Positions 23,755-33,816 of a stretch of 55,875 bases of DNA are shown piece after piece (position 1 is the first letter of the stretch; each line of letters opens with the position of its first letter). The DNA is from Gemmatimonadales bacterium (GTDB taxonomy: Bacteria > Gemmatimonadota > Gemmatimonadetes > Gemmatimonadales > GWC2-71-9), in contig DATIWU010000010.1 of assembly GCA_035519195.1 (NCBI GenBank), forward strand, positions 1 to 55,875. The letters are read 5' to 3'. The translations under genes and the position numbers were made by a program. The notes below the pieces were generated by a model. The model searched no databases. It was not told the DNA's origin and saw only the letters and a list, made by a program, of their open reading frames with translations.

Positions 23755-24960
23755 TCAGTGCGGCAGCAGGTGGCCCAGCTTGTCCCGCTTCACATCCAGG
23801 TAGGAGCGGTTTTCAGTCGAGGGGGGAGGAACGATGGGGAGACGCTCGATGATCTCGAGCCCATATCCCTCGAGACCGACGAGCTTCATCGGATTGTTCG
23901 TCAGCACGCGGATGGACGAGAGACCGAGATCGAGGAGAATCTGCGCGCCGATGCCGTAGTTCCGCAAATCGGCCTTGAAGCCGAGCTTCTCGTTCGCCGT
24001 CACCGTGTCGTGCCCCGCGTCCTGCAGCTCGTACGCCTTGAGCTTGTTCAGGAGACCGATGCCGCGGCCCTCCTGATCGAGATACACGATCACACCGCGG
24101 CCCGCCTCGGCGATCATGCGCATGGCGTTGTGCAGCTGCCAGCCGCAGTCGCACCGCGCCGACGCGAAGACGTCACCCGTGAGACACTTGGAGTGCATCC
24201 GAACGAGCACGTCGCGCTCGCCGCGCACATTGCCGTAGACGAGCGCGACGTGCTCGGCGGAATCGACGTCGTTCTGGTACGCGTTGATCCGGAACTCCCC
24301 GAACGGGGTCGGCAGCCGCGCATCGGCCACGCGATGCACCAGCCGCTCCGTCGCGAGCCGGTACGCCACCACCTGCGCGACGGTAATGAACGTGAGATCG
24401 TGTCGCTCGGAGAATCGCTCGAGCTCGTGTCGCCGCGCCATGGTGCCGTCGGAATTCAGGATCTCGCAGATCACACCCGCGGGATACAGTCCGGCGAGCC
24501 GGGCCAAATCGACGCTCGCTTCGGTCTGGCCCACGCGCTGCAGCACGCCGCCCGGACGCGCGCGCAGCGGAAACACGTGACCCGGACGGCGCAGGTCCGC
24601 GGGAACCGTGGCAGGATCGATCGCCACCCGGATCGTCGCCGCGCGATCCTTTGCCGAGATCCCGGTGGTGACGCCAAACCGCGCGGCGGCATCGACACTG
24701 ACGGTGAACGCCGTCTCGTGGGCCTCGGTGTTTTGCTCGGCCATCGGCGTCAGACCGAGCGCCTGGCAGCGCTCCGGCATGAGCGTCATGCAGATCAGCC
24801 CCCGGCCGTGCGTCGCCATGAAATTGATCATCTCGGGCGTGATCCGTTCGGCCGCGCCAACCAGGTCGCCCTCGTTCTCGCGGTCCTCGTCGTCCGCGAC
24901 GATGACGAGCTTCCCCGCGCGAATATCCGCGATCGCCTGCTCTACGTTTCCGAACGGCAT
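23755..24960 (-). CDS. ribBA: Bifunctional DHBP synthase / GTP cyclohydrolase II
   Basis: DDEDRENEGD, RPGHVFPL, VRMHSKCLTGD, RCDCG, QEGRGIGL. Confidence 0.97.
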   Translation of the reverse strand: MPFGNVEQAIADIRAGKLVIVADDEDRENEGDLVGAAERITPEMINFMATHGRGLICMTLMPERCQALGLTPMAEQNTEAHETAFTVSVDAAARFGVTTGISAKDRAATIRVAIDPATVPADLRRPGHVFPLRARPGGVLQRVGQTEASVDLARLAGLYPAGVICEILNSDGTMARRHELERFSERHDLTFITVAQVVAYRLATERLVHRVADARLPTPFGEFRINAYQNDVDSAEHVALVYGNVRGERDVLVRMHSKCLTGDVFASARCDCGWQLHNAMRMIAEAGRGVIVYLDQEGRGIGLLNKLKAYELQDAGHDTVTANEKLGFKADLRNYGIGAQILLDLGLSSIRVLTNNPMKLVGLEGYGLEIIERLPIVPPPSTENRSYLDVKRDKLGHLLPH

Positions 24961-25529
24961 AGTTGCCTCACGTACTTGGCCAGCACATCGGCTTCGACAT
25001 GAACACGGTCGCCGACCCCGAGCGTTCCGAGGGTCGTGTGCTTCGCGGTGAATGGGATCACCGAGATCTGCACCCGGTCCGTCCCGGGCAGCGCGTTCAC
25101 GGTCATGCTGACGCCGTCGACCGTGATCGAGCCATGGAGCACCGAGTGATGGCGGACGTCCGCCGGAACCAGGAGGTCGTACGTCAGGGCGTCGTCCGTC
25201 TTGCGCACCGCGGCGACGCGTGCCACGCCATCCACGTGGCCCTGAACCAAATGCCCCCCGAGTCGATCCTCGAGCCGGGCCGCCCGCTCCAGATTCACCC
25301 GGCGGCCAGGCGCATATTCGCCGAGCAGCGTCCGGGAAACTGTGCTCGGGACCACATGGACCGTGAAACCGCCCGTGACCACCCGCTCGACCGTAAGGCA
25401 TGCGCCGCTGACGGCAACGCTCTCGCCGCGCTTTAACTTCTTGTAGGGAGCGCGGATAGTCATAGTCAGCCCGCCGTTGTCGGAGACTCGAGCGACCCGG
25501 CCAATAGCGGTCACGATCCCGGTAAACAT
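24942..25529 (-). CDS. ribE: Riboflavin synthase
   Basis: MFTGIV N-terminus, GACLTV, VNLERA, GGHLVQGHVD. Confidence 0.96.
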   Translation of the reverse strand: MFTGIVTAIGRVARVSDNGGLTMTIRAPYKKLKRGESVAVSGACLTVERVVTGGFTVHVVPSTVSRTLLGEYAPGRRVNLERAARLEDRLGGHLVQGHVDGVARVAAVRKTDDALTYDLLVPADVRHHSVLHGSITVDGVSMTVNALPGTDRVQISVIPFTAKHTTLGTLGVGDRVHVEADVLAKYVRQLCRSET

Positions 25530-26629
25530 GGCTCCTTATCGAGTACGAGTAATGTATCAGGGCCGAGAGTGCGGCGCTCCACGGGCACCCAGCGTGGCGC
25601 GGCGGCCAGGGCTGGGGGGGCGCTCGGGAAGCCTGGAAATGCCGGAACGGCGGCTTCTCCCAGCCACACCGGTGATTGAACCCAATACAGCCGGTCGACT
25701 GCACCGTCCGCCAGCAGTCGCGCGCCCAAGGCCCCGCCGCCTTCGCATAACAGCGACTCGATGCCGGCCGCTCGCAGCTCGTGCAGCCCATCGGCAAGCG
25801 ATTTCGGCCGGAGGACCCGCACCCCGCTCTGCTCGAGCGCGGTTACGCTCGGCACCGGAGCCTCGAGCGACGCCACAACCCATGTTGGAACTTCGCGCGC
25901 CGTACGGACCAGATCGACGCCGGGGTTGAGCATCGCGCGGCGATCGAACACGATGCGAATCGGAGGACGGCGGGGTACGATGGAGCCACGAACCGTCAGC
26001 CGCGGATTGTCCCGCAACGCCGTCGTCCCGCCAACCCCGATCGCGTCGAAGCCGGCCCGGAGCCAGTGGACGTAGTCGCGTGCCGCCTCGCCGGAAACCC
26101 ACTGCGATTGACCGTGCGCGTCGGCGATGCGTCCATCAATCGAGGTCGCGAGCTTGAGCGCGACGAATGGCCGCGCGGGACGGAGCCTGGCGCAGAGAAA
26201 CGAGGCATTGAGTGCCGCGGCCTCCGGCTCCATGAGTCCCAGCGAAACGTCCACGCCGGCGGCGCGGAGGCGCTCGACTCCGCCCCGCGCGACGGGGTCC
26301 GGGTCGCGCACGGCTGCCACGACACGTCGAATGCCGCTCGCGAGGATTGCGTCCGTACAGGGCGGGGTTTTGCCGTGGTGCGTGCAGGGCTCGAGCGACA
26401 CGACCAGCGTGGCGCCACGCGCTTCGGGCCCCGCGGCGCCGAGGGCCACCGTTTCGGCATGGGGTCCACCGTACTCAGCGTGAAATCCCTCACCGACCGC
26501 GCGGTCATGATCCAGAACGACGGCGCCCACCAGTGGGTTCGGCGCGACCCTTCCCCATCCCCGGCGCGCCAGCTCGAGCGCGCGCTGCATCGCCTGCGTT
26601 TCAGCGGGCGATACGGCCACGGGAACCAC
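25511..26629 (-). CDS. ribD: Riboflavin biosynthesis deaminase/reductase RibD
   Basis: PNPLVGAV, HAE, LEPCTHHGKTPPC, KLATSIDG, EGG. Confidence 0.96.
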   Translation of the reverse strand: MVPVAVSPAETQAMQRALELARRGWGRVAPNPLVGAVVLDHDRAVGEGFHAEYGGPHAETVALGAAGPEARGATLVVSLEPCTHHGKTPPCTDAILASGIRRVVAAVRDPDPVARGGVERLRAAGVDVSLGLMEPEAAALNASFLCARLRPARPFVALKLATSIDGRIADAHGQSQWVSGEAARDYVHWLRAGFDAIGVGGTTALRDNPRLTVRGSIVPRRPPIRIVFDRRAMLNPGVDLVRTAREVPTWVVASLEAPVPSVTALEQSGVRVLRPKSLADGLHELRAAGIESLLCEGGGALGARLLADGAVDRLYWVQSPVWLGEAAVPAFPGFPSAPPALAAAPRWVPVERRTLGPDTLLVLDKEPCLPGS

Positions 26630-26638
26630 TAGGAGAAG

Positions 26639-27679
26639 CTAGCGCTCGGCAAAGCGCACTTTCGGGCTGCCTGTGGCGCGCGCGGATTCGACTTCCCCGA
26701 TCACGTGGCTCGGTACCCCTGCGCGTTCGGCGGTTCGGCTCACCAGCTCGACGTCGCCGCGCGCCAGCACGGCGATCATCCCGATGCCGAGATTGAACAC
26801 GCGGCGCATTTCCGCGAGCGAGACCCGTCCCGCGCGCATCAGCACCCGGAACTCGGACGGCCACGGCCACGCACTCGCGTCGATCACCGCTTCGCATCCT
26901 GGCGGAATCACCCGCGAGAGGTTCCCCGCGATGCCGCCGCCCGTGATGTGGGCCAGGGCATGCACCCGATCGAGCACGGGAGTGAGCGCCGCGGCGTAGC
27001 TCTGATGCACGCGCAGGAAGACCTGCGCGACCGTTTCGTGCGATTCCGGAAACGGGCTGTCGGGGGAAAGGCGCATTTCATCGAAAACGATGCGGCGGGC
27101 GAGCGTGTAGCCGTTGGTATGCAGGCCATTCGACGCAAGACCGACCAGCACGTCGCCCGCGCGCACCCGATCTCCATGGATGGCGGCGTTCTCCTCCACG
27201 ATGCCGATGATCGTCCCCGCCAGATCGTAATGGCCCGCCTGATAGAGGTCGGGGAGCTGAGCGGTCTCACCACCAACGAGGGTCATTTCGTGAGCGCGGC
27301 AGCCGCGTGCCACCCCGCTCACGACTGCAGTCACGACCTGGGGATCGAGCGTGCCGGTCGCGATGTAATCGAGGAACGCGAGCGGCCTCGCGCCATGAAC
27401 CAGAATGTCGTTGACACAATGATTCACGAGATCTTCGCCCACCGTATCGTGCACGCCCGTGAGCACGGCTACGAGGAGCTTCGTGCCCACACCATCGGTG
27501 GAGGCCACGAGCACGGGGTGCGAGTAGCCCGGCGGGACCCGGATCATGCCGCCGAAGGCGCCGATATTGCCGAGGGCGAGCGCGGTCCGCGTGCCCAGCG
27601 CCAATTCTCCGATGCGGCGCTTCGCCTCGTCGGCAATTTCGAGGTGGACCCCCGCGGCGCCGTAGCGGTCGGTCGTCAC
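26639..27679 (-). CDS. purM: Phosphoribosylformylglycinamidine cyclo-ligase
   Basis: STDGVGTK, GGETA, GLHTNG, HITGGG, FNLGIG. Confidence 0.97.
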   Translation of the reverse strand: MTTDRYGAAGVHLEIADEAKRRIGELALGTRTALALGNIGAFGGMIRVPPGYSHPVLVASTDGVGTKLLVAVLTGVHDTVGEDLVNHCVNDILVHGARPLAFLDYIATGTLDPQVVTAVVSGVARGCRAHEMTLVGGETAQLPDLYQAGHYDLAGTIIGIVEENAAIHGDRVRAGDVLVGLASNGLHTNGYTLARRIVFDEMRLSPDSPFPESHETVAQVFLRVHQSYAAALTPVLDRVHALAHITGGGIAGNLSRVIPPGCEAVIDASAWPWPSEFRVLMRAGRVSLAEMRRVFNLGIGMIAVLARGDVELVSRTAERAGVPSHVIGEVESARATGSPKVRFAER

Positions 27680-28596
27680 CGGTGATCCTCGCCGGTCTCG
27701 AAGTGCACCAGGTCCTTGAACGCGCGGACGCGCGCGCGCACGTCGGCGGCCGACACGTTTTCGAGCCCGTGAATGCCGAACGCTTCCACGGCGAACGAAC
27801 CCATCGCCGCGCCATACACCATCGCCCGCCGGAGATTGGGCGTGGACAGATCGTCGGTCGACGCGAGATAGGCCATGAAGCCACCCGCGAACGCGTCACC
27901 CGCGCCGGTCGGATCGAACACTTCCTGGAGCGGATACGCCGGCACCTTGAAAGTGGCGTCAGGACTGACGAGGAGCGCGCCATGCTCTCCCTGCTTGATC
28001 ACGGCCATCCGCGGTCCGCGCTTGAGCACCCAGTGCGCCGCACGGTAGACATTCCAGTCGCCTGACAGCTCGCGGGCCTCGGAATCGTTCACCATCAGGA
28101 TGTCGATATGGCGCAACAGCTCGAGCACCAGGTCGTTCTTGGATTGAATCCAGTAGTTCATCGTATCGCAGGCGACGAGCGCGGGATGCTTGACCTGGTC
28201 CAGCACGCCCAGCTGCAGCTCCGGATCGATGTTGCCGAGAAAGAGGTATTTCGAGTCACGAAACCCCTCGGGAAGCCGCGGCCGGAATTCCGAGAACACC
28301 CCGAGCCGCGTCTCCAGCGTCTCACGGCTCGACAGATCGTATGAGTACTTGGCCTTCCACCGGAACGACTCCCCCGGGAGCTGCTCCACGCCCGAGAGAT
28401 CGACGCCGCGCTTCTCCAGCGCCTTCAGCACCCCCAGCGGGTAATCGCGGCCCACCACGCCGACGACCTGGACCGGGTGGAGGATGGCGCCGGCGGCGCT
28501 GAAGAACACCGCCGAGCCACCCGGCGCGTCGGCCGTCTCGCCGAACGGCGTTGCCACCGAGTCGAGTGCGATGGATCCCACGACAAGCAAGCTCAT
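27676..28596 (-). CDS. PfkB family carbohydrate/nucleoside kinase
   Basis: GSIALD, GGSA, DPTGAGDAFAGG. Confidence 0.9.
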   Translation of the reverse strand: MSLLVVGSIALDSVATPFGETADAPGGSAVFFSAAGAILHPVQVVGVVGRDYPLGVLKALEKRGVDLSGVEQLPGESFRWKAKYSYDLSSRETLETRLGVFSEFRPRLPEGFRDSKYLFLGNIDPELQLGVLDQVKHPALVACDTMNYWIQSKNDLVLELLRHIDILMVNDSEARELSGDWNVYRAAHWVLKRGPRMAVIKQGEHGALLVSPDATFKVPAYPLQEVFDPTGAGDAFAGGFMAYLASTDDLSTPNLRRAMVYGAAMGSFAVEAFGIHGLENVSAADVRARVRAFKDLVHFETGEDHR

Positions 28597-28600
28597 GCGG

Positions 28601-30244
28601 CTACATCCGGTCCGGAGCGTGAATGCCAAGCACGGTGAGGCCGTTCGCCAGCACCTGACGGACGGCGCGGGCGAGCACGAGCCGGGCGCCTTCTTCGGGC
28701 TCGCCGAGCACCCGGTACTTGTGATACCAGGCGTGGACGATGCGCGCGAGACCCTCGAGGTAGCCGGTGACGCGATGCGGCTCGAATGTCTCCGCCGCTC
28801 GCGCGACGGTCTTTGGGAATGCGGCCAGCTCGTTCAAGAGGTCCGTCTCCTCGGGTGCGGAGAGCACGCTCAGGTCCACGCCGCCGGCCGGGACCTGCTC
28901 CACGTCGCGCGCGGCGACGCGAAAGATACCGCTCATTCGCGCGTGAGCCATTTGGACGTAAAAGACCGGGTTTTCCTCGGTGCGGCTCTTGGCCAGATCC
29001 ACGTCGAACACGAATTGCGAGTCTCCCCGGCGCATGAGAAAGAAATAGCGCGCCGCATCCACGCCGGTCTCCTCGAACAGCTCGCGCAGGGTCACGATGT
29101 CGCCGGTGCGCTTGGAAAAGCGCACCTCTTCGCCGCCGCGCATGACGCGCACGAGCTGCACCAGCTCGGCGTGGAAGAAGTCGTCGGGGTAGCCCAGCGC
29201 GCGCATCGCGGCGCGCATCCGGGCGACATAGCCATGATGATCCGCTCCCCAGATATCGATCGCGCGAACGAACCCGCGCTCGTGCTTGTGCCGATGGTAC
29301 GCGATGTCGGGCAGCAGATAGGTGTACGTTCCATCGGATTTCCGGAGCACCCGGTCCTTGTCGTCGCCCAGGGCGCTCGCGCGAAGCCACTGCGCGCCGT
29401 CCTGCTCGAAGAGCTGGCCGCGCTGCTCGAGATCGCGCAGCGTGCGATCGATCCATCCTTCCCGATACATCTCCGTTTCCGAGGTCACACAGTCGAACGT
29501 GACGCCGAACGCGCGCAGGTCGCGGTCCTGTTCGGCGCGCTCCGCTTCGATGGCCAGACTGCGGCAGCGGGCGATTCCCGCGTCACTCGACAGATCGGCG
29601 AACGCCCGTCCTTCGCGCTCGAGAACGGCGCGGGCGAGATCGACCACATACTCGCCCTGGTATCCGCCCTCGGGAATCGCGGCGCTCCGCCCCACCTGCT
29701 CCTGAATCCGGGCCCAGAGCGAGCGCGCGAGCTTGTCGATCTGGGTGCCGGCGTCGTTGACGTAGAACTCGCGAGTGACCGCGTGCCCGGTCCACTCGAG
29801 CAGCGCGGCGATGGCATCGCCCAGCGCGGCGCCGCGCCCATGCCCCACGTGCAGCGGGCCGGTAGGATTGGCGGACACGAACTCGACATTGACGCGTCGA
29901 CCCTGGCCCGTGTCGCTGCGACCATAGCGCGCTCCCGTCGCCAGAATGTCATGCAGAACCTGCGTGAGCGCGGTGTCGGCGATCCAGAAATTGATGAACC
30001 CGGGGCCGGCGATCTCCGCCTTCTTGATGTGACCGGGGGGAAGCTCCAGTGCTTCGATCAGCAGCTCGGCGGCGCGACGGGGAGGAAGCTTGAGCGGCTT
30101 GGCGATGAGCAGCGCGAGGTTCGTCGCCCGGTCGCCATGAGCGGGGTCACGCGGCGTTTCGACCTTGAACTCAGGGACCTGGGACACGCCGATCTTCCGC
30201 GCCGCACGGGTCAGCGCGTCAGGAAGCGGATCGTGCGGCGTCAC
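28601..30244 (-). CDS. argS: Arginine--tRNA ligase
   Basis: IAGPGFINF, VEFVSANPTGPLHVGH, GADHHGY, NPVFYVQMAHAR. Confidence 0.97.
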   Translation of the reverse strand: MTPHDPLPDALTRAARKIGVSQVPEFKVETPRDPAHGDRATNLALLIAKPLKLPPRRAAELLIEALELPPGHIKKAEIAGPGFINFWIADTALTQVLHDILATGARYGRSDTGQGRRVNVEFVSANPTGPLHVGHGRGAALGDAIAALLEWTGHAVTREFYVNDAGTQIDKLARSLWARIQEQVGRSAAIPEGGYQGEYVVDLARAVLEREGRAFADLSSDAGIARCRSLAIEAERAEQDRDLRAFGVTFDCVTSETEMYREGWIDRTLRDLEQRGQLFEQDGAQWLRASALGDDKDRVLRKSDGTYTYLLPDIAYHRHKHERGFVRAIDIWGADHHGYVARMRAAMRALGYPDDFFHAELVQLVRVMRGGEEVRFSKRTGDIVTLRELFEETGVDAARYFFLMRRGDSQFVFDVDLAKSRTEENPVFYVQMAHARMSGIFRVAARDVEQVPAGGVDLSVLSAPEETDLLNELAAFPKTVARAAETFEPHRVTGYLEGLARIVHAWYHKYRVLGEPEEGARLVLARAVRQVLANGLTVLGIHAPDRM

Positions 30245-30543
30245 TTGTCGCTGGAGTCTTTTTTCTTCGACGCGGGCTTGGCATCGCCCGGGGACTTCGC
30301 GTCGCCGCCCGTCCCTTCTTTCTTGCCCGATTCGCCCTGGCCCGAGTCGCCGTCGGCCTTGCTGCGCTTGTAGTCGGTGATGTAGAAGCCCGAGCCCTTG
30401 AAGACGAGGCCCGCCCCACCCGAGATCTGGCGTTCGGCCATTTTCCCGCAGGTCGGGCAGCGCAGCCGGCGCCGGTCATTCACTTGGGGATAGAATTTTT
30501 CGAACACGTGCCCGTTGGGGCATTTGTACTCGTAGGTCGGCAT
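30241..30543 (-). CDS. FmdB family zinc-ribbon protein
   Basis: MPTYEYKCPNGH...CPTCG...FKGSGFYITDY plus a low-complexity tail. Confidence 0.92.
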   Translation of the reverse strand: MPTYEYKCPNGHVFEKFYPQVNDRRRLRCPTCGKMAERQISGGAGLVFKGSGFYITDYKRSKADGDSGQGESGKKEGTGGDAKSPGDAKPASKKKDSSDK

Positions 30544-30551
30544 CGCACAAC

Positions 30552-30581
30552 AACTTAAGCAGCTTACGCTGGCCGGGTCAA
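30552..30581 (-). promoter_or_regulatory. Putative sigma-70 promoter heading the FmdB-argS-purM-rib operon
   Basis: Minus strand TTGACC-N18-TAAGTT, ending 8 nt before the ATG. Confidence 0.55.
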
Positions 30582-30594
30582 TCGCACCCCGAAA

Positions 30595-30996
30595 TCAGGG
30601 ACGCACGAGCACCGTATCCGGCCCGGACAGCTTGGCCACGTGGCAGCGATCGGGGGCGCCGAACACGTAATCGGCGCTGAACCTGCCGGCAGCACCCGCA
30701 CCACTCACACGCACCGAATCGCCACCCGGCAGGATTTTCTTCAACTGATTGTCGTCGAATATGGCATAGCTGCCGCCGGTCCCGATGCCCGAATAATCCT
30801 GCGACATGACGATCGCTTGCCCGGTGCGTCGAATCGTATCGACGATCTCCAGGGGGCCTTGCACCGGGTGCCCTGCGGTGTCGTGCGCGGCCACCGTAAT
30901 CGTCGCGAATAATGCCGTGCAGACTGCTTCGTTCGTGCTCGAGCAGGCGCCGAGGAGAGTGACGCTCAGGACAAGAATCGGCGCGGGTGCTCTCAA
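30595..30996 (-). CDS. Hypothetical lipoprotein
   Basis: TTG start in a TTGA overlap; lipobox LGAC; further Cys residues in AVCTA and DRCHV. Confidence 0.65.
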   Translation of the reverse strand: MRAPAPILVLSVTLLGACSSTNEAVCTALFATITVAAHDTAGHPVQGPLEIVDTIRRTGQAIVMSQDYSGIGTGGSYAIFDDNQLKKILPGGDSVRVSGAGAAGRFSADYVFGAPDRCHVAKLSGPDTVLVRP

Positions 30997-31358
30997 GTTT
31001 TCGCGAACCGACGCGCCCTGAGCCAGAATCCCAATACGACCGCCCACGGTCCTGCCGTAATGGTGCTGGCGACGATCGCGAGCACGCGTGTGGTTGTGGT
31101 TCCATTCACGAAGAAGACCGCTCCCGCGGTCGATCCGAGCAGCGCGCACGCGAGGCTGCCGACCACGAGCACGGAGAGGCGTGCCGCCTGGGAAGCGACG
31201 AGCACCCACGCAGCCCCCGCGAGCGCGGCGAGGCACACGGGCGGCGCGGAAACCATCCAGCCCATGGCGACCATGGCAAAGAGGCCCACCGCGAGCGCGC
31301 GGACGGCCCGGTAGGTAAACACGCGCGCCGCCGGATCGGGCGGCGAAGGATTCGTCAC
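30993..31358 (-). CDS. Hypothetical membrane protein (about 4 TM helices)
   Basis: Strongly hydrophobic ORF filling the gap between mscL and the lipoprotein. Confidence 0.55.
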   Translation of the reverse strand: MTNPSPPDPAARVFTYRAVRALAVGLFAMVAMGWMVSAPPVCLAALAGAAWVLVASQAARLSVLVVGSLACALLGSTAGAVFFVNGTTTTRVLAIVASTITAGPWAVVLGFWLRARRFAKT

Positions 31359-31373
31359 CGCAGGTCGATCGTG

Positions 31374-31859
31374 TTACGCCGCAAGATCCGCGGTGCAATG
31401 CGCGCATTTCCTTGCACCGACGGGAATAGTAGAAAGGCAAAACGGGCACTGCTTCATGGCCGGAGCGGCGGGCGCCGCTTTCTTCCGCTGCAAGCCCGAG
31501 AGGCCTCGCACGAGAAAGAACACGGAGCTCGCCACGATGAGAAACGTGAGGATCCGGCTCAGAAACAGGCCGTAGTTCAGCGTCACGGCGCCCGCGGCTT
31601 TCGCTTCGGCGAGCGTGGCGTACGGGCCCGCCGCCTTCGTGCCCTCCTTGAGCACGATGAACAAGTTCGAGAAATCGACCCGTCCAAGCAGCAGGCCGAT
31701 CGGCGGCATGATGAGGTCATCGGCAAGCGAATTCACGATCGCGGTGAACGCCGCGCCGACGACGACCGCGACGGCGAGGTCCACCACGTTCCCCCGCATC
31801 AGGAAATCATGGAAATCCTTCGCGAGCGAGGGGCGCTTCGCTTGCGCTGGGGCAGTCAT
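31374..31859 (-). CDS. mscL: Large-conductance mechanosensitive channel
   Basis: FLMRGNVVDLAVAVVVG, IMPPIG, NYGLFL; C-terminal CPFC...CAHC zinc ribbon; GGAGG SD. Confidence 0.95.
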   Translation of the reverse strand: MTAPAQAKRPSLAKDFHDFLMRGNVVDLAVAVVVGAAFTAIVNSLADDLIMPPIGLLLGRVDFSNLFIVLKEGTKAAGPYATLAEAKAAGAVTLNYGLFLSRILTFLIVASSVFFLVRGLSGLQRKKAAPAAPAMKQCPFCLSTIPVGARKCAHCTADLAA

Positions 31860-31998
31860 AGCCTGTACCTCCGTTCCTCGACCGGCACGGCACCGGTCTG
31901 GGGTTCCAATGTAAATGCCGGGCGAAACGTCGGTCGCATCGAAGGAATCGTCCGCAACATAATGCCACCGGGGCGCGCGCGAGCACGCACCGCGCTCA

Positions 31999-32694
31999 TC
32001 AGGGCACGCCGACCGGAGAGCGCTTCGCCTTCGCGGCTGCTTCGGAAACGAGCGCGGCGCGAATTGCCGGTACGTCGAGAATGCGTGCGGTTCCCGCGGG
32101 AGGGGGTTGCTCGACCGCGGCGACGAGCGCCCGGACCATCTGAGAGAGAGTTACAAGGCCGAGCCGCTCCGCTCCGGTCCAAAACGGCGGCAGGAGCCTG
32201 GCGATCCCGTACAGGGGAAGCAACGCCGCCGGCCACCAGTGGCCCGGACCGAGCACGTACCACGGCCGCAGGATGGTCCGGGTAAGCCCGGCGCTGGCGA
32301 GCCGCTGTTCACCCTTCTCCCGGACGGCGATGTATGCGCGCATGGTCGGGGCCGGATGGGCCACGCTCACATAGACGAAATGCAGGACCCCGGCTCTTTC
32401 CGCCGCGCTCGACGCCGCGACCACGGACGCGAGGTCGACGCGCTCGAACTCGGCCGCCTTCGCGGGCGAGGGATGCGGCGTGCCGACCAGGTGCACGACG
32501 GTTTCCCCCGGCCGCACGGCCGATGCGAACGTGCTCTCCCGCAGTGCATCGCCGACGACCGGCACGGCTCCGGCCGGCACGCGATGGAGCGAGGTCTGCC
32601 GTGCGAGCACGCGGACCCGGTGACCACGGGCCAGCAGGGCGGGAACGAGCCGCTGCCCGATGTATCCCGTGCCACCCGTGACGAAGACGTTCAT
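31999..32694 (-). CDS. NAD(P)H-binding atypical SDR / NmrA-like oxidoreductase
   Basis: VFVTGGTGYIG Rossmann motif, HFVYVS, ILRPWYVLGP. Confidence 0.85.
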   Translation of the reverse strand: MNVFVTGGTGYIGQRLVPALLARGHRVRVLARQTSLHRVPAGAVPVVGDALRESTFASAVRPGETVVHLVGTPHPSPAKAAEFERVDLASVVAASSAAERAGVLHFVYVSVAHPAPTMRAYIAVREKGEQRLASAGLTRTILRPWYVLGPGHWWPAALLPLYGIARLLPPFWTGAERLGLVTLSQMVRALVAAVEQPPPAGTARILDVPAIRAALVSEAAAKAKRSPVGVP

Positions 32695-33233
32695 CAGGTT
32701 CTCCGCCGTAGGGCGTAGTGCGCGAACTCGCGCCAATCGCCATCCGGACCGCGGTCCTGCATCAGTACGCTCCACGTGCTCAGGTCTTTCCCCAGCGTGA
32801 ACGTGGTATGGAATGGACCGTCCGGATAATCGAAGACGAACGTCATGGCGGTGCGCTCGGCGCTTCCGCTCGGATGTCGAGCATAGCCGAGCGTCTCGGA
32901 CCACCAGCCGCCGAAGTTGTCGAGCCAGTGCGCGACGAAGCGTTTCCCCACGGGGTCATCGCCGATGTACACGTTCGCTTCATACGCCGGAGGCGTCCCC
33001 GTGTCCGTCATGAGGAGCCGGAGCCAATGATGCTGCAGGACCCAGTCGGCATCGAGGTTCATGATGACGGGTTTTCCGCGAACGGCGCCCGACATCGTCC
33101 ACCGCCCGGCCAGCCGGTTGAGCAGCGAATCCTGGAGGGCCGCTTGAGGACCGGTGAGCGTCGCCGGCGCCGTGCGCTCCTGGCCCGGCAATGCGCCGGC
33201 GCACACCACGAGCAGCAGGAGACCCCATCTCAT
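32694..33233 (-). CDS. Secreted DUF1579-like beta-barrel protein
   Basis: Signal peptide; L..LAGRW...WVL.HHWL...YEA...HWLDNFGG pattern. Confidence 0.65.
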   Translation of the reverse strand: MRWGLLLLVVCAGALPGQERTAPATLTGPQAALQDSLLNRLAGRWTMSGAVRGKPVIMNLDADWVLQHHWLRLLMTDTGTPPAYEANVYIGDDPVGKRFVAHWLDNFGGWWSETLGYARHPSGSAERTAMTFVFDYPDGPFHTTFTLGKDLSTWSVLMQDRGPDGDWREFAHYALRRRT

Positions 33234-33691
33234 GGCGCACTCCCCGTCGGCGCGATGTAATCCTGCGCGGCTACGATTTGCCATCGGTTGTTGCGTCGCA
33301 CCCACGTGTCGGTGAAGCGGTAATGCCGATCGAACCGCCCGCTCGGATTATGCCCGCGTACGATCAACCATCCCGTGACGACCGCCGTCGTGCCGAACGG
33401 GTGGACGATCATCCCCTCGTTGTGCGCGGCTTCCGCGGTATCGGCGCCGGAAACAATGTCCCGAAGCACCGCGTCGCGTGTGCTCAGCTGCTCGTTTTCG
33501 GTATACACGAACCCCGGCGCCAGGAGACGGTCGAAGGTCGCTCCGTCGCGTCGCACGAGCGCCGCGGCCCATTCGTCTTCGAGGGCGAGGAGCGATCGTG
33601 CATCCGACGCGTCTCCGCTCGGGGCTCGTACCGGAGTCTGTGCGGCGAGCGACGCGGCCGCGCAACAGAGGAGCCAACCCAATGTCATCAT
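33230..33691 (-). CDS. Secreted NTF2-like (DUF4440) protein
   Basis: Signal peptide; LEDEWAAAL.RRD...GTTAVVTG...RFTDTWV...WQIVAAQ; GGAGG SD. Confidence 0.85.
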   Translation of the reverse strand: MMTLGWLLCCAAASLAAQTPVRAPSGDASDARSLLALEDEWAAALVRRDGATFDRLLAPGFVYTENEQLSTRDAVLRDIVSGADTAEAAHNEGMIVHPFGTTAVVTGWLIVRGHNPSGRFDRHYRFTDTWVRRNNRWQIVAAQDYIAPTGSAP

Positions 33692-33816
33692 GCCTCCTGT
33701 GTCTTCGTGACGCGGTTCCAGAAGCCCGAGGGCCGTGAATCAAGACGCTCTCACGAACCCTTTAACAATTCCTCAAGGCCCGTCCGGTAGCATACCAGAC
33801 GAGTGCAGGGAGGTCC